Shown here: positions 21,125 through 28,879 of the stretch, one piece after another | Numbering within the stretch: position 1 is the stretch's first letter | How the letters are laid out: each line of letters begins with the position of its first letter | Assembly (NCBI GenBank): GCA_964519245.1 | Contig: CAZFLK010000002.1 | Coordinates: 45,077-109,076 of the forward strand | Length of the DNA: 64,000 nucleotides | DNA from: an uncultured Verrucomicrobiota bacterium | GTDB lineage: Bacteria; Verrucomicrobiota; Verrucomicrobiia; Limisphaerales; JAYPEY01 | Direction of reading: 5' to 3' | Notes under the pieces: generated by a model | Seen by the model: only the letters and a program-made list of their open reading frames with translations | Databases searched by the model: none | Told to the model about the DNA's origin: nothing | Position numbers and translations under genes: made by a program

Positions 21125-22552
21125 CTAAGCCAGCACGCCGTTCACCACGTTGCCGAAGATATTGGTGAGGCGGAAATTTCGGCCTTCGTGGTGGAAGGTG
21201 AGCTTCTCGTGATCGAGGCCGAGGAGATGCAGGATGGTGGCGTGGAAGTCGTGCACGTGAACGGGGTCCCGGGCGATGGTCAGGCCGAAGTCGTCGGTGG
21301 CTCCGTGGACGTGGCCGCCCTTGACGCCGCCGCCGGCCAGCCAGCAGGTGAAGGCCTTGGCGTGGTGATTGCGGCCGCCGTTGCCGCCGTAGGCCGTGCG
21401 GCCGAACTCGGAGGCGCAGATCACAAGGGTGTCCTCGAGCATGCCGCGTTCCTTGAGGTCCTTGATCAGCGCGGCGATGGGTTGGTCGACCTTCTTGGCG
21501 AGCGGGCCGTTGCCCTTGATCTTGCTGTGGCGGTCCCAGTTGCCGCTGGAGCCGGTGTCGACCAGTTCGATGAAGCGCACGCCGCTTTCGGCCATGCGTC
21601 GCGCGACGAGGGTCTGCCAACCGAAGCTGCGCCGGTCGCCGCGCTTGACGCCGTACATCTCCAGGGTGCGGTCGTTTTCGTCCTTGAGGTCGAAGAGTTC
21701 GGGCGCGAGGCGCTGGAGGTTGGCGGCGGTTTCGAAGCTCAGCATTCGGGCGGCGAGTTCCCCGTCGCGCCGCGAGTTGAAATGGCGTTGATTGAGCCGC
21801 TTCAGCATGGCCAGTTCGGCCTGTTGGAGGGATGAGGGGTTGTCCTTCTGCGGGGTGAGGTGGGGGATGATTTCATCGCCGGGCTTGAGGCGCACGCCCT
21901 GGTGGTAGGCGGGCAGGAAGTTGGAGTCCCAGACCTGGGCGCCGGCGTAGGGTTTGCGCTCCGCGAAGACAACATGCGAGGGAAGGTTGATGTTCTCGGA
22001 GCCGATTCCGTAGCTGACCCAGGCTCCCATGCCGGGCCAGGCGACGCCGTTGGAGCCGGTGTGCATGTGCAGCGTCGCCTCGAAGTGATCGTTGTGGTCG
22101 CCGTGCAGGGAGCGGATCAGGCAGAGGTCGTCCGCGACCCCGGCGACATGCGGGAACAGGTCGGTGATCTCAAGTCCGCTTTGGCCGCGCGGCTGGTGCG
22201 CCCAGGGGGAGCCGACGAACTTCTGGGAGTCCCGGCTGGATCTCTTGTAGGCTTGGCCGTCGCGCTTGTTGAGTTCCGGCTTGGGGTCGAAGGAATCGAC
22301 ATGCGACATGCCGCCGGTGAGGAAGAACATGATGACGCGCTTGGCCTTGGGCGCGTAATGCGGCGGACGCGCGGCGAGCGGATGCGGCTCTGACGCCGTC
22401 GACGCCAGGACGGGGAGCAGTCGGTTGGAAAGGCCGTAGCCCGCGCAGGCGCCGCCGAGGGCGACGGAGCGCTTCAGCAACGAACGGCGGGAGAGGGCCG
22501 GCCGGTCGAGCCGCGAGCTGGCGGATAGGGGAGGTTGTGGGCGCTTCTTCAT
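21125..22552 (-). CDS. DUF1501 domain-containing (sulfatase-fold) protein, Tat signal
   Basis: The internal ATG at 22552 gives MKKRPQPPLSASSRLDRPALSRRSLLKRSVALGG. DUF1501 blocks are present: VIMFFLTGGMSHVDSFDPKP and SEFGRTAYGGNGGRNHHAKAFTCWLAGGGVKGG. It starts 1 nt after the upstream gene's stop. Confidence 0.9.
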   Translation of the reverse strand: MKKRPQPPLSASSRLDRPALSRRSLLKRSVALGGACAGYGLSNRLLPVLASTASEPHPLAARPPHYAPKAKRVIMFFLTGGMSHVDSFDPKPELNKRDGQAYKRSSRDSQKFVGSPWAHQPRGQSGLEITDLFPHVAGVADDLCLIRSLHGDHNDHFEATLHMHTGSNGVAWPGMGAWVSYGIGSENINLPSHVVFAERKPYAGAQVWDSNFLPAYHQGVRLKPGDEIIPHLTPQKDNPSSLQQAELAMLKRLNQRHFNSRRDGELAARMLSFETAANLQRLAPELFDLKDENDRTLEMYGVKRGDRRSFGWQTLVARRMAESGVRFIELVDTGSSGNWDRHSKIKGNGPLAKKVDQPIAALIKDLKERGMLEDTLVICASEFGRTAYGGNGGRNHHAKAFTCWLAGGGVKGGHVHGATDDFGLTIARDPVHVHDFHATILHLLGLDHEKLTFHHEGRNFRLTNIFGNVVNGVLA

Positions 22553-22553
22553 C

Positions 22554-24461
22554 TCAATCGACATATATGAATTCGTTCCCGGACAGGAGGATTCGGCAAA
22601 GACTGGTCCAGGCGCGGGTTTCGCGCTCCTCCGGCTTGACGTCGCCCGGGACGCGCGCGGCATGCGCTTTGACATATTCCGTCAGGGCCTTGGTTTCCTC
22701 GGACGATGGTTTGCGCGCGTAGGCGAGTTCGTAGCTCAGTTCGATTCGTTTGGCGGGATCATCGGAATGAGCGGCCAGACGGTGGGCCAGCGACCCGGCG
22801 TTGGTCTTGAGGAAGTCGCTGTTCATCCAGAACAGCGACTGCAGCGGCACGGTGGAGACGTTGCGCTTGGCGGTGCATTCATTGGGGTCCGGGCCGTTGA
22901 AGGTTTCCATGTAGGGGTGCTTGCCGAGGCGGCGCGAAGGCAGGTAGACCGTGCGGCTCTCATGGTCGTAGTCCTTGCTGAAGGGGCGGTGCTGCGTGTA
23001 GGGGTATTCGTCCTTCGAGTTGGGCTTGGGGAAGGGGTGCGCGCCGGGGCTGCCCTTCTGCAGTCGGCCGCTGACGAACAGGACGGAATCCCGGATGGGC
23101 TCCGCTTCCAATCGGCGGCGCGGATAGTGGGACAGCAGCTTGTTGTCCGGGTCCTTCGCGGCGGCGGTCGTCGAAACGTCGCTGGATTGCCGCCAGGTCT
23201 GCGAGAGCAGAATGCGTTTGTGCATCTTTTTGAGGGACCAGCCGTCCTTGACCAAGCGGTCGGCCAGCCAGTCGAGCAGTTGGGGATGGGACGGCTCTTC
23301 TCCCTGAAGTCCGAAGGAGCTGGAGGTCTTCACCAGCCCCTTGCCGAAGTGGTATTGCCAGATGCGGTTGGCCATGACCCGGGTGGTGAGTTGGTTGTCC
23401 GGAGAGGCGAGCCACTCGGCGAGCTGCAGGCGTCCGGATTCGCCCTCGGGAATCTCGGCGTTTCTGTTGTTGATGACATCGAGGAAGCCGCGCGGGGCGG
23501 CGTCGCCATGGCTGCCGGAATTGCCGCCCTTGTGGATGCGCGTGTCGCGGATCTTCTTCCGGTCGGTCTTGTCGAACACCGCGTAGGCGAGACCGCCGCC
23601 GGGAAGCTTGGTGAAGTTCTTGCGCTGGCGACCGGATTCCGTGCCCGCATGCGGATACTGGGTGCTCTCGAAGTAGCCGTAGAGTCCGTAGTAGTCCTCC
23701 ACGGAAATGGGATCGTACTTGTGGTCATGGCAGCGGGCGCAACCGATCGACATGCCGAGCATGCCCTTGCCGATCGTCGAGAGCGTATTCTCGATCACGA
23801 GGTGCATGTCCCGATATTCGCCGTTGTTGAAGCGGCGCGTCAGGCCGACGTAACTGGTGGCGATGATCCGTTCGCGGGCGCGGTTGTCCGGGTCCTTCTT
23901 CGCCAGGATGTCGCCGGCGACCTGCTCCTTGATGAACTGATCGTAGGGCAGGTCCTGGTTGAAGCAGTCGATGACGTAGTCGCGATACAGGTGCGCTTCG
24001 GGGACGGGCGCGTCGGCCCCGTCGCCGGAGGTGTCGGCGTAGCGGGCCAGGTCGAGCCAGTGCCGTCCCCAGCGCTCGCCGTAGTGTTGCGAGGCCAGCA
24101 AGCGGTCGACCACTTTCTCGAAGGCGCCGGGGGACGTGTCGTTGAGGAAGTTGTTCACCTGAGCCGGCGTGGGCGGGAGGCCGATCAAATCGAAGTGGAC
24201 GCGCCGAATCAGGGTCCGCTTGTCCGCCTGGGGGTTGGGTTTCAGGCCGCTTTCGTGGAGCCGGGCGGCGATGAAGCGGTCGATCTCATTGAGGGCCCAG
24301 CCGGTTTCATCGGCCGGCGCTTCCGCGGGTTGCACCGGCTGGAAGGCCCAGTGCGTCGATTCCTCGCTGCGGGCCTGAGTGACGGCGGCGCTCATCAGCG
24401 CGCCGGCCAACAAGAGGGGCGCAGCGCCCGAGCCGATTCGTTGGTTGGTTCTGGAAGACAT
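22554..24461 (-). CDS. DUF1549 (PSCyt2) + DUF1553 (PSD1) protein, no heme motif
   Basis: The internal ATG gives MSSRTNQRIGSGAAPLLLAGALMSAAVTQA. The DUF1549 block is LIRRVHFDLIGLPPTPAQVNNFL...YGERWGRHWLDLARYAD. The DUF1553 block is CARCHDHKYDPISVEDYY, and the C-terminus is LLSGNEFIYVD. Confidence 0.9.
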   Translation of the reverse strand: MSSRTNQRIGSGAAPLLLAGALMSAAVTQARSEESTHWAFQPVQPAEAPADETGWALNEIDRFIAARLHESGLKPNPQADKRTLIRRVHFDLIGLPPTPAQVNNFLNDTSPGAFEKVVDRLLASQHYGERWGRHWLDLARYADTSGDGADAPVPEAHLYRDYVIDCFNQDLPYDQFIKEQVAGDILAKKDPDNRARERIIATSYVGLTRRFNNGEYRDMHLVIENTLSTIGKGMLGMSIGCARCHDHKYDPISVEDYYGLYGYFESTQYPHAGTESGRQRKNFTKLPGGGLAYAVFDKTDRKKIRDTRIHKGGNSGSHGDAAPRGFLDVINNRNAEIPEGESGRLQLAEWLASPDNQLTTRVMANRIWQYHFGKGLVKTSSSFGLQGEEPSHPQLLDWLADRLVKDGWSLKKMHKRILLSQTWRQSSDVSTTAAAKDPDNKLLSHYPRRRLEAEPIRDSVLFVSGRLQKGSPGAHPFPKPNSKDEYPYTQHRPFSKDYDHESRTVYLPSRRLGKHPYMETFNGPDPNECTAKRNVSTVPLQSLFWMNSDFLKTNAGSLAHRLAAHSDDPAKRIELSYELAYARKPSSEETKALTEYVKAHAARVPGDVKPEERETRAWTSLCRILLSGNEFIYVD

Positions 24462-24618
24462 CTTCACGTTCGATTCTGACGACGAGGCGGGGGGGCGCAA
24501 TGTTCAATGAAGGACGAAATGTGTCCGGGTTTGGCCAATATTTGCGGGGTTGCGCGTTATTGGAGGCGAGGCCGGGAAATGCACTTAGGCGCGTTGCCCG
24601 CCTGGCGGGGGATCAGGT

Positions 24619-25908
24619 TCACGCCAGCAATTCGCGGATCGGCTCGGTGGCCGGGTCCGCCATGGGAAACTTGCGGCCGCCGATGTTGAACTGGCGGTTG
24701 GATTTGAGGCCGACGGCCCTCAGGTAGGTGTGGAAGAGGTGGCCGGCGTCGACTTCGCGGTCGGAAACCTCGGTTCCGTTCTTGTTGGTGGCTCCGATGA
24801 CCGCTCCGGGCTGGATGCCGGCGCCGCCCAGCGCGATGGACCAGGCCTTGCCCCAATGGTCGCGGCCGTAACGTTCGTTGATCCTGGGGGTGCGTCCGAA
24901 CTCCGACAGGACGACGACCAAAGTGCTTTCCAGCATGCCGCGGTCCGCGAGGTCCGACATGAGCGTGGCGAAGGGCTTGTCGAACTCGCCGAGCTGTTCG
25001 AAGTGGAAATTGAAGTTCTCGTTGTGGGTGTCGTAGTTCGAATGGCGGACGTGCACGTAGCTGATGCCATTCTCGGCGAGTCGGCGGGCGAGGAGGCAAT
25101 GGCGGCCAAAATCGTGATTGCCGTAGCGCGCCTTGTCCTTCTCTGATTCCCTGGCCAGGTCGAAGATCTCGCGTCGGGCCATGAGTTCGGCCGCCTGTTC
25201 GTAGCTCTGGGTGTAGGCGTCGGTGAAGGCGGTGCGGCGACGTTGGAGGAAGCGTTCGTTGGCGGAGGCGCGGAGAAGGTTGCGGCGCGCGTCGGCTTCG
25301 GCGGAGATGGCGTCGGGTCGCGAGGAATTGGCGGGGGCCTTGCCGCCGTCGAGCAGGACGCTCCCGTATTTGGGGCCGAGGTAGGCGGAGTCCGCGGAAC
25401 GGCTGCCGCTGGCGCTGGGGTAGATCTTGATATTGCCGGGCAGTCCGCTGGAGCCGTCATCGAGGCCCTTGGCGACGACGGCGCCGAGTTCGGGATAGGC
25501 GCTGGCGGGGGTCTGCTTGTAGCCGGTCAGCATCTTGTAGCGCCCCTTGCCATGGTCGCTCTCATGGATATTGATGCTACGGATCAGCGAGAGGCGATGC
25601 ATCTGCTTGGCGGTGTGGGGCAGCAGTTCGCTGATGTGGACGCCGGGCACGCTGGTGGGGATTGCGCGGAAAGGGCCGCCGGTGTCCGTGCCGGGCTTGG
25701 GGTCCCAGCTTTCGAGTTGGCTGACGCCGCCATGCAGCTCGATCACGATCATGCGCTTCTGATCGCGTTTGAGTTGTTCGGCGATGCCGGGGCTGGCGAA
25801 GGCGCCGAGTCCGCCGACCATCGCGCTGGCTCCGGTCGCCACGGTTCCCAGAAAGTTTCGGCGAGCCATCGTGTGCTCGTCTGTGCCGCAGGCGTAGTTG
25901 ATGTTCAT
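24619..25908 (-). CDS. DUF1501 domain-containing protein, Tat signal
   Basis: ATG at 25908, with an alternative MARRNFLG start at 25869. Blocks: MIVIELHGGVSQLESWDPKPG and SEFGRTPRINERYGRDHWGKAWSIALGGAGIQPG. It starts 7 nt after the upstream stop. Confidence 0.9.
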   Translation of the reverse strand: MNINYACGTDEHTMARRNFLGTVATGASAMVGGLGAFASPGIAEQLKRDQKRMIVIELHGGVSQLESWDPKPGTDTGGPFRAIPTSVPGVHISELLPHTAKQMHRLSLIRSINIHESDHGKGRYKMLTGYKQTPASAYPELGAVVAKGLDDGSSGLPGNIKIYPSASGSRSADSAYLGPKYGSVLLDGGKAPANSSRPDAISAEADARRNLLRASANERFLQRRRTAFTDAYTQSYEQAAELMARREIFDLARESEKDKARYGNHDFGRHCLLARRLAENGISYVHVRHSNYDTHNENFNFHFEQLGEFDKPFATLMSDLADRGMLESTLVVVLSEFGRTPRINERYGRDHWGKAWSIALGGAGIQPGAVIGATNKNGTEVSDREVDAGHLFHTYLRAVGLKSNRQFNIGGRKFPMADPATEPIRELLA

Positions 25909-25915
25909 GGCGTGT

Positions 25916-28870
25916 TCAGAAGCGGAAGCGGAATTCGATGGAGGTGAGCAGGGCCCAGGCGAGTTCCTGCGCCGCGGTCTTGCGATCCGCGCCCTGGGCG
26001 GCGAGTTGCGCCGTCACATCGGCGACCTCGGGCGCGGTTGGCTTGCGGGTCAGGATGGCGAGGTAAAGCTCCTCCGCGAACGCGGCGGGGTCCTCGAGTT
26101 TGGCCAGGCGGTCGGTGAGATTGCCGCCGGAAGGATTCAGCCAACCCCGGACATCGCCGCCGTTGGCAAAGAACAGGGCCTGGTCCGGCGTGGCGAAAAA
26201 GGCGTTCTGCGGCGAACCTGCGGCGCTGCCAAAGAGCGAAACAAAGTTGCGTTCCCGGGCCTTCAGTTTTCCGTAGACGTATTCCTCGATGAACTTGGCG
26301 CGCTCGTCTTTCTTGAGCGGGTTCTGCTTGTCGAATTCGGCGGCGCCGGCCCGGGTCTGCTTGGCGGTTTCGCCGGTTGCCTGCAGCATGCTCCAACAAA
26401 GCTGCTCGGGGGTGAGCGGCGTCAGGCCGGCGAGTTCGAAGCGCGCGCTGAGGGAGTCCGTGTAGTTCATCCTGGCGGCGTCCCGTTTTGCCAACGCCGC
26501 GTCCCGCGCGGGTCGCGACTCCTTCAGTTGGGCGGACAAATCCCTGTTTCTCAGGCGTTCGGCGGCGAGTTCCTCGGCGTTGCGGGAAACGGCATTCTTG
26601 GCGGCGACCAGCGTGGTGGCGGCTTTGAGGAAATGGCCGCGCAATTCCGTGGCTTGCGCGCGGAGTTTGGCCAGTGAGGTTTCGTGTTGGCGCTGCTTGG
26701 CGAGCAGGGCGGTTGCGCGGTCGGAGCCATTCTCAGGTTGGCCGATATCGGCCCTGTTCAACGCGGTTGCGATGTTCGCCAAGCCGCTGGCGGCGAGCCG
26801 GATGGCTTCCTCGTTTTCGTGTTTCTGCCGCAGCGCTTGATTCAAGGCGGCTTGCGCCGGGGGGAGCTTCGCCGCCAGTTTGGGAGCCTCCTTGGTCGCC
26901 TTGGCGATTTTTTGCTCGCACTCACGCAGCGCGACCTCCAGCAACTGGGCCTGCCCTGCCGTCTCTTCGGCCTTCGCTTGCAGGCGAGCGAACTCAATCA
27001 TCTCGCGCGCCGCGTCGCGTCTCTGTTTCGCGAAGCTGGCGGATTGCTTCGCTTCGATGCGTTTCCGGTCTTCGTCATCGAAGCGGGCCTGAAGCGTCTG
27101 CAATTGCGCTCCCATTCCCTCAATGCGTTTCCGGGTCGCCTGCAGATCCGCGGTTGCGGTCTTCACGTTTTTCTCCGTCGTGTTGAGCGCGGCGGTCCTG
27201 GCGTCGAGGGCGGCCTCGAGATTGGCCACTTCCTCGGCGAGCTGCCGTCGGCGCGTCTCGAAGACGCCGGCCGCCTTGGCGAGTTCCGGATCGTCTTTGG
27301 CCTCCTTTGCGACCTGGGCGGCCTTCTTTGCGGCGTTGGTCAGAGAGGCCAGTCTGGCGTTCCGCTTCTGGATTGGCCTGGCAGCGGCTTCGGCGGCCTT
27401 TTTGGCTGCATCCCGCGCCTGGGTTGCCTCCTTTACCCGTTTTTCCTGCTCGGTAATCGATTGGGTTGCGGCGTCGATTTCGGATCGTTTCGCCCCAATC
27501 GACGCCTTGAATTGCTCGAAGGCCTTGATGGCCTTGGACGCCGCGCCGGCCGCGCGTTCGTATTCGGTTGCCAGGCTGGCGAGTTGCTTTGTTGCGGAGG
27601 CGGTTGCGGCATCGGGAAACGGCGGCAGGTCGAAGCCGCGCTGGTAAGTTTGGCTCAACGCGAGTTCGCGGAGGAATGCCCGCATGTCGAATCTCAGAGC
27701 GGCGAATTCCTCGGCCAGGGTCTCGAGCAGTTCGGGGTGGGTCGGAGGATTGTCGGAATGATGAAAATCCACCGGTTCCACGATGCCGCGGCCCATCATG
27801 TGGGCCCAAAGGCGGTTGGCGATGTTGCGGCGGAATTGCCGGTTGTCGCCGCGGGCGAAGAGCTTCGCCAATTCCGCGCGGCGGCTGTAGGCGGGGATGG
27901 GGCGCGCATTCTTGTTCTTCTTGTCGGGTTTGACCTTGTATTCCGAGCCTTCTGCAATGACGGGTTCCTTGATTTCGGGATCTCCCGGCAGGCGCGGCTT
28001 GGAGCGCCCCTCGGCCTGGGTGAAGACAGACTTGTAGTCGGCCTCGCCGGTTGGGTTCTCGGCGACCACGCCGGGCTTCTTCTTGTCGGGGCGGAAGAGG
28101 TAGCTGCGGTTGAGGAAGGCGTTGACGCCGTAGTATTCGCGCATGGTGTAGTCGTCGATGCGCGGGTGGTCGTGGCATTGGGCGCACTGGAGGTCCCGCC
28201 CCAGGAACATGCGGCTGACATCGCGGGTCAGGGCGTTGGGTTCGACCTCGCGGGCGAGCAGGAACTTGGCGGGCCCGTTTCGCTTGGGATCCGCGCCCTC
28301 GGCGGCGATGACCTCCGCCGCCAGCGTGGTGTAGGGAGCGTTCGTCGCAAAGTGGGAGTGCAGGCAATCCCGCCAGGCGTCGGCCTTCACGTGCGGGTCC
28401 GCCCTTCGTTCCACCCAGATCACGTCGAATGTAATCGCCATGTGCCGGGCGTGTTCGGGGCTGGCGAGCAGCCGGTCGATCAGCAGGGCCCGCTTGTCCG
28501 GATCCGGGTCGGCCAGGAAGGCGCGCGCGGCATCGGAGGACGGGATGCGCCCGGTCAGGTCGAGGCTCGCGCGGCGCAGAAATGAGGCGTCATCCGTCAG
28601 GGGCGGTTTCGGCGCGCTGCGGACCGAAGCGAGAGCGGCGTCGATGCGTTGGTGAAGCGGCGGCGCTCCTGCGAGCGCGACCGTGGGGCCGCCGAGAATC
28701 AGGCTGAGGACGAGCGCGGCGAGCCGCCGGGACGCATCAACGCCCCGCGATGTGGCTACGGTGGTCAACGGTGCGCATGCTAGGCGTCTGGGACGCGGTG
28801 TCAACCGCGGTTCCGGCGGTTGGAGCCGCTTTGTGAAATCAGTTGCGGTTGCGTCGTTCAAGCCCGACAC
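25916..28870 (-). CDS. DUF1549 + DUF1553 protein carrying a coiled-coil insertion of roughly 395 aa
   Basis: Blocks: FLRRASLDLTGRIPSSDAARAFL, CAQCHDHPRIDDYTMREYYG, NIANRLWAHMMGRGIVEPVDF and C-terminal ALLTSIEFRFRF. The start is uncertain. 28870 is a GTG only 9 nt from the divergent gene, while a TTG at 28768 (LTTVATSRGVDASRRLAALVLSLILGG...) would leave a 111-nt control region. Confidence 0.85.
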   Translation of the reverse strand: MSGLNDATATDFTKRLQPPEPRLTPRPRRLACAPLTTVATSRGVDASRRLAALVLSLILGGPTVALAGAPPLHQRIDAALASVRSAPKPPLTDDASFLRRASLDLTGRIPSSDAARAFLADPDPDKRALLIDRLLASPEHARHMAITFDVIWVERRADPHVKADAWRDCLHSHFATNAPYTTLAAEVIAAEGADPKRNGPAKFLLAREVEPNALTRDVSRMFLGRDLQCAQCHDHPRIDDYTMREYYGVNAFLNRSYLFRPDKKKPGVVAENPTGEADYKSVFTQAEGRSKPRLPGDPEIKEPVIAEGSEYKVKPDKKNKNARPIPAYSRRAELAKLFARGDNRQFRRNIANRLWAHMMGRGIVEPVDFHHSDNPPTHPELLETLAEEFAALRFDMRAFLRELALSQTYQRGFDLPPFPDAATASATKQLASLATEYERAAGAASKAIKAFEQFKASIGAKRSEIDAATQSITEQEKRVKEATQARDAAKKAAEAAARPIQKRNARLASLTNAAKKAAQVAKEAKDDPELAKAAGVFETRRRQLAEEVANLEAALDARTAALNTTEKNVKTATADLQATRKRIEGMGAQLQTLQARFDDEDRKRIEAKQSASFAKQRRDAAREMIEFARLQAKAEETAGQAQLLEVALRECEQKIAKATKEAPKLAAKLPPAQAALNQALRQKHENEEAIRLAASGLANIATALNRADIGQPENGSDRATALLAKQRQHETSLAKLRAQATELRGHFLKAATTLVAAKNAVSRNAEELAAERLRNRDLSAQLKESRPARDAALAKRDAARMNYTDSLSARFELAGLTPLTPEQLCWSMLQATGETAKQTRAGAAEFDKQNPLKKDERAKFIEEYVYGKLKARERNFVSLFGSAAGSPQNAFFATPDQALFFANGGDVRGWLNPSGGNLTDRLAKLEDPAAFAEELYLAILTRKPTAPEVADVTAQLAAQGADRKTAAQELAWALLTSIEFRFRF

Positions 28871-28879
28871 TCCGACGTC

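Noticed and set aside
22662-24479. 605-aa plus-strand ORF
   Set aside because: It is antisense to the DUF1549/DUF1553 gene. The same applies to 26684..28585 (+), 33496..36102 (+), 38426..40402 (-), 29018..30736 (-), 11001..12383 (+), 37167..38375 (-), 54065..55645 (+) and 56294..57241 (+), all of which oppose genes with clear family motifs.
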